The translations under genes were made by a program, and so were the position numbers. Source: Gammaproteobacteria bacterium (GTDB lineage: Bacteria; Pseudomonadota; Gammaproteobacteria; Tethybacterales; CBDBMS01). From it: 64,000 nt of DNA. Position 1 is the stretch's first letter. Every line of letters begins with the position of its first letter. The stretch spans positions 285,411 to 349,410 of the forward strand of contig CBDBMS010000003.1 of assembly GCA_965207545.1 (NCBI GenBank), written 5' to 3'. The notes under the pieces are model-generated. The model was not told the origin of the DNA, searched no databases, and saw only the letters and a list, made by a program, of their open reading frames with translations. This document shows positions 28,111 to 39,100 of the stretch, piece by piece.

Positions 28111-30573
28111 CTAGACCACTAGGTTGACGATGCGGCCCTTGACGGCAATGATCCGCCTGATCTGGCGGTTGTCGATGTGTCTGGCGACATCAGGGTGCTC
28201 CAGCGCCAGGCGCCGGAGCGTGTCTTCGCCGTCGTCCGGACTGGCCGATATCTGCCCCCGGACCTTGCCGTTGACCTGTACGGCAAGCGTAAGGGTCGAT
28301 TTCCGTGCCGGGTCGAAGCGGCTCTCTGGCCAGGCGGCGTCCATGACAAGCCCCTTGAAGCCGAACCGCTCCCAAAGTTCCTGCGTTATGTGCGGCACAA
28401 TCGGAGCAAGCATCCGCAGCAGAACCGAGATCGCCTCGGCGAGAAGCGCCTGCCCCTGGGGATCGCCCATGAACACGCCGCGACAGGCCTCAATGTGGTT
28501 GATGATCTTCATCCCGGCCGACGGAATGTTGTTGAGGCGGTAGCGTGTCATGTCGTAATCCGCCTTGTGAAAGATCTCATCGACCATCTCCCTGAACGCC
28601 TTGCCTTCGGAACTCAACGATTCGGCCTGCACCTCGCCTGCGTTGCCGACTCCGTCTTCTCCGCCGGCAGCGCAGGAGAAATCCCAGAGCCGTTGCAGAA
28701 AGCGGTGGCATCCCTTGACGCCGTTGTCGGACCATTCGAGTCTCTGCTCGGGCGGAGCGGCGAACACGATGAACAGCCGCGCGGTGTCGGCGCCGTAGTT
28801 GTCGATAAGTTCCTGGGGATCGACGGTGTTGCCCGTGGATTTGGACATCTTCGAGCCGTCCTTGAGCACCATGCCTTGGCACAGCAGCCGCGTGAACGGC
28901 TCGGGGGCGTTAAGCCCTTCCGGCAACATCCCGGTGTCGCGCATCATCTTGTGGAAGAAACGAGCATAGAGCAGATGGAGCACCGCATGCTCTATGCCGC
29001 CGATGTACTGGTCGACCGGCAGCCAGTAGGCCGCTCGCCGGTCAACCATGCCGGTCGTGCAGTCCGGACTTGCGAAACGTGCGAAGTACCATGAGGATTC
29101 GACAAAGGTGTCCATGGTGTCGGTCTCCCTTTTCGCCTCTCCGCCGCAGCGCGGACAGCGGCACTTCGCAATGGCTGCCAGATCCTTCTGGGAACGGATG
29201 CTCCGTTCCGTCGGCAACTCGACCGGAAGGTCCTTCTCGGGCACGGCCATCTCGCCGCACTCCGGACAGTGGATCACCGGGATCAGGCAGCCCCAGTAGC
29301 GCTGCCGGGAGAAGCCCCAGTCCCGCAGACGGTACTGGATCTCCCGCTTTGCCATTCCGTTGGGTGCGAGTTTCGCCTCGATGCGGTCGAACGCCTGCCG
29401 GAATCCAAGGCCGTCGAGTTCACCGCTGTTGCAGGTGATTCCGTATCCGGTCGCCGCCGCCGTTCCGTCATGCGGCACGTCATCGGGATCGCGGACGACT
29501 GTGCGCACAGGAAGCCCGTGTTCTGCGGCAAACTCGAAGTCCCGCTGATCATGCGCCGGCACGCCCATGACGGCGCCTTCGCCGTAGTCCATGAGCACGT
29601 AACTGGCAACCCATACCGGTATGGACGATCCGTCGACCGGGTTCTCCGCCTCCACGCCGAGAGGCATGCCCAGCTTGGCATGCCGCACCTGCGCCGATTC
29701 CGAGGTGCCCGTCTTGCCGCACTCGGTGACAAAAGCGGCGATCTCCACGTTTCGGGCGGCGATTTCGTCGACAAGCGGATGCCGCGCGGCAAGGGCAATG
29801 TAGGTGGTTCCCATTAGGGTGTCCGGCCGTGTCGTGAACACGCGCAATGTCCGGCTGTTTCCCTTGATCCTGAATCCGATGTTCAGCCCCTCGCTACGTC
29901 CGATCCACTTGCGCTGCATGGTCTTGACGGATTCGGGCCATCCGTCAAGCCGGTCCAACTCCTCAAGCAGTTCGTCGGCATATGCGGTGATGCGCATGAA
30001 GTACATCGGGATTTCGCGCTGCTCAACGGGAACCCCGGAGCGCCAGCCGCGGCCGTCAATGACCTGCTCATTGGCGAGAACGGTTTGGTCGACCGGATCC
30101 CAGTTCACCGTTCCGGTCTTGCGGTAGACGAGTCCTTTCTCGAACAGGCGCGACACCAGGAGCTGCTCCCAGCGATAGTAGTCCGAGGTGCAGGTTGCCA
30201 GTTCGCGCGTCCAATCGATGGCAAGCCCCAGCCGCTGCAGCTGGCTGCGCATCTCGCCGATGTTGGCATGGGTCCACTCTGCCGGGTGGATGTCGCTCTC
30301 GATCGCGGCATTCTCGGCTGGCAGGCCGAAGGCGTCCCAGCCCATCGGCTGCAGCACGTTTCTGCCCCGCATGCGCCAGTAACGCGAGATCGCATCGCCG
30401 ATCGTGTAGTTGCGCACATGCCCCATGTGGAGTTTCCCGGACGGGTAGGGAAACATGGAGAGGCAGTAGAACTTTTCCCGTTCGGCATGTTCGCCGACCT
30501 GAAAGGCCTTTTTTTCCTCCCAGAGCTGCTGGACTCTCCGCTCCAATCCAGCAAAGGGATAGCGACTTTTCAT
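28111..30573 (-). CDS. leuS: leucyl-tRNA synthetase
   Basis: 820 aa from the ATG (MKSRYPF...). HIGH motif ([15 protein letters not shown]) and KMSKS (KMSKSTGN). Confidence 0.92.
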   Translation of the reverse strand: MKSRYPFAGLERRVQQLWEEKKAFQVGEHAEREKFYCLSMFPYPSGKLHMGHVRNYTIGDAISRYWRMRGRNVLQPMGWDAFGLPAENAAIESDIHPAEWTHANIGEMRSQLQRLGLAIDWTRELATCTSDYYRWEQLLVSRLFEKGLVYRKTGTVNWDPVDQTVLANEQVIDGRGWRSGVPVEQREIPMYFMRITAYADELLEELDRLDGWPESVKTMQRKWIGRSEGLNIGFRIKGNSRTLRVFTTRPDTLMGTTYIALAARHPLVDEIAARNVEIAAFVTECGKTGTSESAQVRHAKLGMPLGVEAENPVDGSSIPVWVASYVLMDYGEGAVMGVPAHDQRDFEFAAEHGLPVRTVVRDPDDVPHDGTAAATGYGITCNSGELDGLGFRQAFDRIEAKLAPNGMAKREIQYRLRDWGFSRQRYWGCLIPVIHCPECGEMAVPEKDLPVELPTERSIRSQKDLAAIAKCRCPRCGGEAKRETDTMDTFVESSWYFARFASPDCTTGMVDRRAAYWLPVDQYIGGIEHAVLHLLYARFFHKMMRDTGMLPEGLNAPEPFTRLLCQGMVLKDGSKMSKSTGNTVDPQELIDNYGADTARLFIVFAAPPEQRLEWSDNGVKGCHRFLQRLWDFSCAAGGEDGVGNAGEVQAESLSSEGKAFREMVDEIFHKADYDMTRYRLNNIPSAGMKIINHIEACRGVFMGDPQGQALLAEAISVLLRMLAPIVPHITQELWERFGFKGLVMDAAWPESRFDPARKSTLTLAVQVNGKVRGQISASPDDGEDTLRRLALEHPDVARHIDNRQIRRIIAVKGRIVNLVV

Positions 30574-30664
30574 TATGGTGGGGATTATAAGTCCGTCAGG
30601 CTTCAAACGACTAGAGTGCGAGGCTTGCCGACGGTGACGTCCGCCTGCCGGCGGAGGAAAGCAC

Positions 30665-31504
30665 TCAGGTGGTTCTCAGCAGTTCGTTGATCGAGGTTTT
30701 TGCGCGTGTCTTCTCGTCCACTCTCTTGACGATCACGGCGCAGTAGAGGGAGTGGCTGCCATCCTTGCCGGGCAACGATCCGGAAACCACCACGCTGCCG
30801 GCCGGAATCCTTCCGTACGAGACCTCGCCGGTTTCGCGGTCGTATATCTTGGTGCTTTGCCCGACATATACGCCCATGGAGATCACGGATCCCCTGCCGA
30901 CGATGACGCCTTCGACGACCTCGGAGCGTGCGCCGATGAAGCAGTCGTCCTCGATGATGGTGGGAGAGGCCTGCAGCGGCTCCAGAACGCCTCCTATGCC
31001 GACGCCGCCGGAAAGGTGCACATTCCTGCCGATCTGGGCGCAGGAGCCCACCGTTGCCCAGGTGTCAACCATGGTGCCCTGGCCGACATAGGCCCCTATG
31101 TTGACATAGCTTGGCATCATCACGACGTCCCGGGCGATGTGGCTTCCCTTTCTGGCGACGGCCGGCGGGACAATGCGGCAGCCGTCCCGGCCGAAGTCTT
31201 CGCCGCCGTAGTCCGCGAATTTCAAGGCAACCTTGTCGTAGTAGCCGGTCCATCCGCCTTCGATTCGGCGGTTATCGTGAATGCGAAAGTAAAGGAGCAC
31301 GGCCTTTTTCAACCATTCGTTCACCTGCCAGGTTCCATCCGGCATGGGTTCGGCGACCCGCATGGCTCCTGAATCCAGCAGGGAGATGGCCTCCTCCACA
31401 GCGGTCCGGAGATCATCATCGGCATTTGCCGGCGTGATCCCGCTTCGCCGTTCGTATGCGGATTCGATATGTTGCTTCAGTTGCTCCGGTGTCATGGCTG
31501 GCAT
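30665..31504 (-). CDS. dapD: 2,3,4,5-tetrahydropyridine-2,6-dicarboxylate N-succinyltransferase
   Basis: Near-collinear with the proteobacterial DapD family (…[48 protein letters not shown]…SINELLRTT). Confidence 0.9.
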   Translation of the reverse strand: MPAMTPEQLKQHIESAYERRSGITPANADDDLRTAVEEAISLLDSGAMRVAEPMPDGTWQVNEWLKKAVLLYFRIHDNRRIEGGWTGYYDKVALKFADYGGEDFGRDGCRIVPPAVARKGSHIARDVVMMPSYVNIGAYVGQGTMVDTWATVGSCAQIGRNVHLSGGVGIGGVLEPLQASPTIIEDDCFIGARSEVVEGVIVGRGSVISMGVYVGQSTKIYDRETGEVSYGRIPAGSVVVSGSLPGKDGSHSLYCAVIVKRVDEKTRAKTSINELLRTT

Positions 31505-31605
31505 CCTTTCCTGGTCGGCGGATTATAAGGCGGCCGGCCGATTGGCTGTACACTTTGCTGTAACACATGACCTGTCGCTAACGCAAAGATGACCCAGCCA
31601 CGAGG

Positions 31606-32511
31606 ATGATTCTTCACGTCTTTTTGCGGATTTTTGCGTGTCTTGCGTCCATGGCCCTTGTCATGACCTGCGGTCCTGTCTCGGCTTTGGACCACAAGTT
31701 CAAGGTTGCAACGACCTTTACGGTGATCGCTGACATGGCCGCCAACGTTGCGGGTGATGCGGCGGTGGTGGTGTCGATAACCAAGCCGGGAGCCGAGATC
31801 CATGGATATGAGCCGACGCCTAAGGACATTCTGAGAGCGCAGGATGCTGATCTCATCCTGTGGAACGGCATGGGCCTGGAACTTTGGTTTGAGCAGTTCT
31901 TCCACAACCTGGACGGGGTTCCTTCAGCGATCCTGACGGAGGGCATCAAGCCAATCAGCATCAGCGCCGGCTCCTACAAGGGCCGACCCAATCCCCACGC
32001 CTGGATGTCGCTTGAAAGCGCACTGGTTTACGTGGACAACATCCGTGATGCACTTGCGGAGCATGATCCGGAGAATGCGGCCGCCTACCGCGCCAACGCG
32101 GCCGCCTACGCCGGAAGGATCAGGGATGCCATTGCCCCCCTGAGGATGGCTGCGCTCTCAATACCTGAGCCGGCGCGCTGGCTTGCCACCTGCGAAGGGG
32201 CGTTCAGCTATCTGGCGCGTGACTTCGGGCTTAGGGAGCTCTATTTGTGGCCGATTAATGCGGATCAGATCGGGTCACCCAGGCAGGTGGCCGGGATGAT
32301 TGACGCAGTGCGCAGCCACGGGGTGCGCGCAGTGTTTTGCGAGAGCACTGTCTCGGACGAGCCGGTCCGGCAGGTGGCGCGCGAAACCGGTGTCAGCTTT
32401 GGCGGCGTTCTCTACGTTGATTCGCTTAGCGGCAAGGACGGGCCCGTGCCGACGTACCTGGATCTGCTGCGCGTTACGTCGCAAACCGTTGTGGAGGGGC
32501 TGACGCAGTGA
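31606..32511 (+). CDS. metal (Mn/Fe/Zn) ABC transporter substrate-binding protein, cluster-9 TroA/SitA/MntC-type
   Basis: Signal peptide, metal-coordinating His/Glu/Asp positions (…EIHGYEPTPKD… HAWMSLE…). First gene of a four-gene ABC operon. Confidence 0.75.
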   Translation: MILHVFLRIFACLASMALVMTCGPVSALDHKFKVATTFTVIADMAANVAGDAAVVVSITKPGAEIHGYEPTPKDILRAQDADLILWNGMGLELWFEQFFHNLDGVPSAILTEGIKPISISAGSYKGRPNPHAWMSLESALVYVDNIRDALAEHDPENAAAYRANAAAYAGRIRDAIAPLRMAALSIPEPARWLATCEGAFSYLARDFGLRELYLWPINADQIGSPRQVAGMIDAVRSHGVRAVFCESTVSDEPVRQVARETGVSFGGVLYVDSLSGKDGPVPTYLDLLRVTSQTVVEGLTQ

Positions 32512-33371
32512 CGGACAGGCATGGCTCCGGAGGAACGGGAATCGAGGCCAAAGGCCTGACGGTTGCCTACCGTGGCGGCACTGTTGCGCTTCGGGACGTG
32601 ACCTTTGCAATCCCGGAAGGGTCCATCACTGCCTTGGTGGGGGTGAATGGCGCCGGCAAGTCGACCTTGTTCAAGGCCATCATGGGGTTCGTGCCGATCA
32701 CGGCCGGCGAGATCTCGCTTCTGGACATGGACATCGGAGAGGCGTTGCGACGCCATATGGTTTCGTACGTGCCCCAGGCGGAGGAGGTTGACTGGGAGTT
32801 TCCGGTGCTGGTCGAAGACGTGGTGATGATGGGCCGCTACGGTCACATGTCATCGTGGCGTGTGCCGTCGCATGAGGACCGGAAGGCTGTCGATGCCGCC
32901 CTCGAACGGGCGGACATGTCGGCGCATCGCCGCCGGCAGATTGGTGAACTTTCGGGAGGCCAGAAAAAGCGGGTGTTCCTGGCGCGGGCGATGGCGCAGG
33001 ATGGGCGGATTGTGTTGCTTGACGAGCCGTTCACCGGTGTGGACGTCAAGACGGAGGCGGCGATCACTGCTGTGCTGCGCGAGTTGAAGGGCGAGGGCAG
33101 GGTGATGCTGGTATCGACCCACAACCTTGGCTCTGTGCCCGAGTTTTGCGATCGAACGGTTCTTCTTGACGGCACTGTTCTTGCCTCCGGACCGACTTCC
33201 GAAGTGTTCACGCACGCCAACCTGGAGATCGCGTTCGGTGGTGCGCTGCGACGCTTCGTTCTTGGCGGCAAGGATCTCCATCGCGACGACGACAGCCGCA
33301 CGGTGACTGTCATTACGGACGACGAGCGGCCGTTTGTGGTCTACGACGAGAACCGGAGCGAAGGGAAATGA
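32508..33371 (+). CDS. metal ABC transporter ATP-binding protein (SitB/MntB-type)
   Basis: Walker A GVNGAGKST, signature LSGGQKKRV, Walker B VLLDEPF. Confidence 0.85.
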   Translation: MTDRHGSGGTGIEAKGLTVAYRGGTVALRDVTFAIPEGSITALVGVNGAGKSTLFKAIMGFVPITAGEISLLDMDIGEALRRHMVSYVPQAEEVDWEFPVLVEDVVMMGRYGHMSSWRVPSHEDRKAVDAALERADMSAHRRRQIGELSGGQKKRVFLARAMAQDGRIVLLDEPFTGVDVKTEAAITAVLRELKGEGRVMLVSTHNLGSVPEFCDRTVLLDGTVLASGPTSEVFTHANLEIAFGGALRRFVLGGKDLHRDDDSRTVTVITDDERPFVVYDENRSEGK

Positions 33372-34228
33372 GCGGACTGCTGCTGGAGCCGTTCTCGTAC
33401 GGCTACATGACCACCGCGATCTGGGTGAGCGCGATGGTCGGGTCGGTGTGTGCATTCCTGTCCGCCTACCTGATGCTCAAGGGCTGGTCCCTGATCGGCG
33501 ATGCGCTGAGCCATTCGGTTGTGCCGGGCGTGGCTGGAGCCTACATGCTTGGCCTCCCGTTCTCAGTTGGCGCCTTCCTTTCAGGCGGTCTTGCGGCGGC
33601 GACCATGCTTTTCATCAAGGCGAGCAGCGGACTCAAGCAGGACACCGTAATAGGCGTGGTTTTCGCATCCTACTTCGGTCTCGGCCTGTTCATGGTCTCG
33701 CTGTCACCCGTCCCAGTCGACATCCGCAGGATTGCGCTTGGCAACGTACTGGCCGTCAATCCGGTGGATATCCTTCAGCTTGCAGTCATCAGCCTGGTCA
33801 CTGTGCTGATCCTGCTGTGGAAATGGCGTGACCTGATGGTGGTTTTCTTCGACGAGCGCCATGCGCGCGCGGTTGGGCTCAGCCCTCCGTTTCTCAACGC
33901 GCTGTTCTTCACGCTGCTTTCCGCCTGTTGTGTGGCCGCCCTCCAGACTGTGGGCGCGTTCCTGGTGCTCGCCCTAGTGGTCACCCCGGGCGCCACTGCC
34001 TATCTGCTCACCGACCGGTTTCCGGTGCTGATTGTCATCAGCGTTGCGCTTGGCGCAGCAACAAGCGCATCCGGCGCCTACATCAGCTACTTCCTTGACG
34101 GAGCGACTGGCGGGGTCATCGTAGTTCTCCAGGTGCTGGTGTTTCTTCTGGTGTTCCTGTTCGCACCGAAGCGGGGCTATCTTGCCATGCGCAAGGCGTC
34201 CTCCGCAGGTCCGGCTCCGGTGCGATGA
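33368..34228 (+). CDS. metal ABC transporter permease (SitC/MntC-type)
   Basis: 286-aa polytopic membrane protein of the ABC-3 permease family. 4-nt overlap with both neighbours. Confidence 0.8.
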   Translation: MSGLLLEPFSYGYMTTAIWVSAMVGSVCAFLSAYLMLKGWSLIGDALSHSVVPGVAGAYMLGLPFSVGAFLSGGLAAATMLFIKASSGLKQDTVIGVVFASYFGLGLFMVSLSPVPVDIRRIALGNVLAVNPVDILQLAVISLVTVLILLWKWRDLMVVFFDERHARAVGLSPPFLNALFFTLLSACCVAALQTVGAFLVLALVVTPGATAYLLTDRFPVLIVISVALGAATSASGAYISYFLDGATGGVIVVLQVLVFLLVFLFAPKRGYLAMRKASSAGPAPVR

Positions 34229-35076
34229 GCGCTCTTTCCCTTTGGGATGCGCTGACGCCGTTCCGGAACGAGTTCATGGCCAATGCGCTGGCGATGGGGC
34301 TCCTGGTTGGTCTGCCAACGGCGCTGCTGTCGTGCTTTCTGGTTCTCAAGGGCTGGTCCCTGATGGGCGATGCGATCTCGCATGCAGTGCTGCCCGGAAT
34401 CGTTCTGGCCTACATCGTGCAGGTTCCGCTGGTGCTGGGTGCGCTAGCCGCCGCTATGGCCTGTTCGCTGTTGACCGGCTTCCTGGCAGAGAACAGCCGG
34501 GTCAAGCCCGATACCGCCATGGGGATCGTGTTCTCCGGCATGTTCGGTCTTGGGGTCGTCATGTTCGCCAAGGTGCAGAGCGAAGTCCATCTCGACCACA
34601 TTCTGTTCGGCAACATGCTGGGTGTCGACCGGCAGGACCTTGTGCACGCGGCACTGATCGCGCTTCCGGTGGCGGCTGTGCTGTGCTGGAAGCACCGCGA
34701 CCTGATCCTTTTCTCGTTCGATCCCGTGCAGGCGAGGGCGGTGGGCCTAAGGACCGGATGGCTTCACTACGGCCTGCTGGCAATGGTGTCGATGACCGTG
34801 GTGGCCACCCTGAAGGCGGCCGGGATCATTCTTGCCATCGGGCTGCTGATCATACCGGGGGCGATTGCGTTCCTGCTGACGCGCAGCCTGCCATTGATGC
34901 TGTTGGCAGCGGTAGGCCTGAACTGGCTTGCAGCGTTTGCCGGTCTCATCGGCAGCTTCCACCTAGACAGTGCGCCGGCACCGACAATCATCCTCTGTTT
35001 GTCGTTCCTCTTTGTCGTTGCCTTTCTTTTCAGGGCATTCGCCGGATCCACAGGGGAAAGGCGAACATCTTCCTAA
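34225..35076 (+). CDS. metal ABC transporter permease (SitD/MntD-type)
   Basis: 283-aa ABC-3 permease, paralogous to the preceding gene. Confidence 0.8.
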   Translation: MSALSLWDALTPFRNEFMANALAMGLLVGLPTALLSCFLVLKGWSLMGDAISHAVLPGIVLAYIVQVPLVLGALAAAMACSLLTGFLAENSRVKPDTAMGIVFSGMFGLGVVMFAKVQSEVHLDHILFGNMLGVDRQDLVHAALIALPVAAVLCWKHRDLILFSFDPVQARAVGLRTGWLHYGLLAMVSMTVVATLKAAGIILAIGLLIIPGAIAFLLTRSLPLMLLAAVGLNWLAAFAGLIGSFHLDSAPAPTIILCLSFLFVVAFLFRAFAGSTGERRTSS

Positions 35077-35090
35077 CCGTATAATGGCTC

Positions 35091-35996
35091 ATGGCAGGCA
35101 CAACAGTCGGGGTGATACAGGCATCGTTTGACGGCACGTCGAGCAGGAACATCGAAAAGGCTGTCAAACTGGTCCGCAAGGCGCACCGGAAAGGTGCGCG
35201 GATCGTGCTTGTTCCCGAACTGTTCTCGCATCCCTATTTCTGCAAGACCCAGCGTCCGGAGTTCCTTAGCCATGCCGAGACGGTCGGGGAATCCGGCCCG
35301 GTGAGACGCATGGCGGAACTTGCCGCCGAACTGGGGGTCGTGATCCCGGTGAGCTTCTACGAACGCGCTGGCAACGTGCGCTTTAATTCAGTGGCAGTGA
35401 TTGATGCCGGCGGCGACGTGCTGGGGGTGTACCGCAAGTCACACATCCCGGACGGGCCAGGCTACCAGGAGAAGTTCTACTTTTCCCCCGGGAACACGGG
35501 ATTCCGGGTTTGGCATACACGCCACGGCTGCATTGGCGTCGGAATCTGCTGGGACCAGTGGTTTCCAGAGGCGGCGCGGAGCATGGCATTGATGGGAGCC
35601 GATCTGCTTCTCTACCCGACGGCAATTGGCAACGAGCCGCATGCTCCCGGCATTGATTCCCTCCTGCACTGGAGAAATGTGATGCGCGGTCATGCGGCCG
35701 CCAACATGGTTCCCGTTCTGGCCGCCAACCGCGTAGGCCGTGAGGAACAGACTGATGCGCTCGGCGGACAGCTGGCAATGTCGTTCTACGGAAAGTCGTT
35801 CGTTGCGGATCAGACCGGAGCGCTTGCCGCCGAGGCGGACGGCGAGGATGGCGCCGTCCTCTGTGTCGAGTTTGACTTTGCGGAAATTGGGCGAATGCGG
35901 ACCGAATGGGGTTTGTTCCGTGACCGGCGGCCCGACCTGTACACGCCTTTGATGAGCCTGGATTGTTCCGACTCGGAGCTGTCCAGGCGACGATAA
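35091..35996 (+). CDS. aguB: N-carbamoylputrescine amidase
   Basis: CN-hydrolase family with near-collinear similarity to AguB (…VLVPELFSHPYFC…RFNSVAVIDAGGDVLGVYRKSHIPDGPGYQEKFYF…IGVGICWDQWFPE…). Confidence 0.88.
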   Translation: MAGTTVGVIQASFDGTSSRNIEKAVKLVRKAHRKGARIVLVPELFSHPYFCKTQRPEFLSHAETVGESGPVRRMAELAAELGVVIPVSFYERAGNVRFNSVAVIDAGGDVLGVYRKSHIPDGPGYQEKFYFSPGNTGFRVWHTRHGCIGVGICWDQWFPEAARSMALMGADLLLYPTAIGNEPHAPGIDSLLHWRNVMRGHAAANMVPVLAANRVGREEQTDALGGQLAMSFYGKSFVADQTGALAAEADGEDGAVLCVEFDFAEIGRMRTEWGLFRDRRPDLYTPLMSLDCSDSELSRRR

Positions 35997-36123
35997 CGCC
36001 TGGTCTCGGCCGAAAGTACAGGCTGTCGCCGGATTCCGGTTGGCCGACATATATTTTTGGTTTACAATACAATATCTTGTCAAATTCCATGCAGGAAACT
36101 GAAGAACTTGGCATGGAATTTTA

Positions 36124-39100
36124 TTGTCTATGGTACATGATGAACAATCTGACAGCGTTCGCAAAATGAGCCGGTTGCCGCATCCGGCCAGACGGGCCTG
36201 TCGTTCAGAACGGGGCTTCATCCATATTCTGCTGGTGGTGCTGGTGACGTTCGGCATCACCGTCTATGGGTTTCTTCCGTCACTTGAAGAGGCGCTCATC
36301 AGCAAGACCCGCCTGGAACATGAAAGATATTCCGATCTGTTCCGGGCCCGCGACGCTCTGCAGAAGTATGCCCTCTTGGGTCCGGACGACAGAGGGAGCG
36401 ACAGATCTGAAATGCCCGGGGTGGGAGTGCGGCGCTTTCTGCTTCCCTGTCCCGATCTTCCTGCCAGCGGCGAGGTGTTCTCCGATGGCATTAGCGAGAA
36501 CTCATGCTTGGGACCGGCCGGCAGCATTGATGTCAAGCGTGACATTGATCTTGACCTGAATGACGATCTGGACAGTATCCAGGCCACAAGCACCAAAGGG
36601 AACTTCATCGGTTTTCTGCCATCCCGGGTTGCCAATCCTCACGATGCCAACAGGCCGCCGCTGGGCATTCTGGGCGAGACCAACGAGACGAACAGCCGGA
36701 ACAAACTGATCTATCTTGTTTCGCCCAACCTGATCCGCCGCGACCGGCCACTTAACCCAACCAGCCTTGCCCGCCGTTCGGAGGACTGGCTTGAGCTGGA
36801 TAACGTCATTGACAGCACGTACTCGACCACGGATGGTCCCGTCCAACTGGAGAAGCAAAGCAACCGCATTGCGCTGATGATAATGGCGTCCGGAACCAAC
36901 ACTCCGGTGTGCAGTGCCGAATCGCCCAACTCAGCTGCCCAAAGAGTTGGCAGCTGGGTTGACCTGTTCTATGACTCTTCCGACCGTACAGCGGACTGCA
37001 CGTATCCGCCCTCCTACCGGCTGGACGGGAAGCAGCACAACCGCTCGCTCAGCCGTCTCTCCTACGTGAGCGCCGAACAGCTTATCACAGGAGGAAGTGC
37101 AGACTTTGAGGACATCGAGGTTAGCGGCAGGCCGGTGAATGACGTTGTTGCAGGGAACCTCAACGGAGTCGGGGTTGCAGATCTTCTCAAGGGCTATTAC
37201 GCCCGCTACGGCCACTATCCGGATCCGGCCGCATTTGACATCGTCACCGGCGCCGGCTACCTTGCTCCACTGCCGCATATCAGCGACGAGCCCCATTCGG
37301 ATTCGCTCTATCGGCGGGGCGGCCTGTCCCTGGAGGGGATCAGCGCGATGCACCACATGAATGCCACAGTTGTCACAGTTGGCGCCCTTGTCAGCCCCCA
37401 AGCGAAACGGATCCGGGTCAATCTGCCGGAGGACATTGCCTTTGACAACGGATCGGGCGGGGCAGGCAGCATCCTTCAGGTTCCTCCGTTCAACACTTTT
37501 CAGCTCAATCCCGGCAGCCACCTGAAGCTTGCCTCAACAGACGGTTTCATACCGGTGAACCTAACGTTGCCGACCGAAACGGCTTTCCGGACCATGGCAA
37601 CGCTTGGTTTCAAGCCGCTTGATCTTACCGCGGCGAGCGGGTTGGTGACAACCAATGTACGGCTACAGATGGGGAGCACCGTCACAATGGGCAATGATGT
37701 GGCAGCCGGCCGCGCCTACCGCAGCCACCATGAAACCTTTCTTCCTCCCGGCATGCAGGTGTTGACGGAATCGCAGTTTCTGACGCTCTTCGTCCCGAAC
37801 ACCCATTTGAATTTTGGCGGTGGTGTGACCATCACCCAAACCTCAATAGTCAATTTCCCCACAGATGAGGTCGTGGCGGTGGAGGGGATTGACGTGCGCG
37901 TTCCAAACAGTGCGGTTGTCGAGGAGTTACTTGCGGTGCAGTCGACCGGCGGGATCATGGTGGGTGCGGCCGGGCAGGGTGGCGTAGCGAGGAGCTTCGA
38001 GATCGAAGGGGACGTCATTGCGCTTGGCGTGATTCCCCATGCGGCCAGCCCTGATGTCACCATAGACGGGACCACCTACGTCAACTCCACTACAGAGGCG
38101 GATCTGCCTCTTCTGGCTCCGCTAAGGGTCTCCAACAAGGGCTTTCTGCCGGTCGACCACATTCCCGATCTAAACGTCGTGTGTGCCAGCGTCAACGTTG
38201 CGGTGGTGTCGCTGGTTTCTCCCGGCGGCGGCTGTGGATCTCCCTACCTGCCCAATGCGAATGTCGTGCTGGCGCCGGTCGAATCCGGCGCACTGAGGCT
38301 GTTGCTTCCGTCCGACATGGAATTCCTGTCGTTCCCGAGCGAAGAGGGCCACGGGGTGATGGTCGAATCCTTCCCGATCCTCAATGCCGCCGCGCGTGAT
38401 GCCGCCTTTGTTCCCAACGAGGCGCCGAGTGCCTTCCGTATGCCGGAAGCCGACTACCAGGTTCTGGACGGTTCCGGCGTATCCTCGTTTCCCTCCGCAC
38501 TGCTAGCCGGAATTGGCGTGAACACGGCGCTGGAGAGGAAGCCAGTTCCGATCAGTCTTCCGGCCGGTTCACAGCTGGTGATGCCTCTTTCCAGTTCCAC
38601 GTCACTGACACTTGGAAAGGGTTTTGATCTGCCTTTCGCCTATGCGGTTGTTCCTGCGGGCACCCGGCTTCCCGGCGTGCTTCCGCCGGGGTCGATCAGG
38701 CCTGATGGCCGTAAGGTTCCGTCAGTGCCGGCAAGCGATTTGGTGGAGGATGACATTCTTTTGCCGCGCGGCGGCATTGTCCACTTCAACAACCACCTGC
38801 CGGACGGGAACCGCCTGGTGCTGGCCTCCACATCCCTGCCGAACTACAGCGATCTGTCCATCAGAGGTGAGATGCGGAACTTGGCGTTTGAGGTTGTGGA
38901 GTCCATGGCGGTGCTCTATTCAGCCGGTTCAGGAGTGCCCACGCGGCTCACCTTGGAGAGCGGCTGCTTCGTGATGCCCTACCGCACCGCCTGGTACTGT
39001 GAGGAGGAGGTCTACAGAATACAGGATTCGGGTGATTTCCTGGAGACGGTCGGCAATTCACTGGTGGAGGTGGGCATCCAGAAGACCGATTTCCACCATG

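Noticed and set aside
36000-36165. Possible sigma-54 (-24/-12) promoter upstream of the giant-pilin operon (cTGGCATggaattttattg)
   Set aside because: A TGGCA -24 element is present but there is no GC dinucleotide at the -12 position with correct spacing. Not supportable from sequence alone.
35439-36260. 273-aa minus-strand ORF
   Set aside because: Antisense to aguB (strong CN-hydrolase homology on the plus strand) and extending into the AT-rich promoter region of the giant gene.
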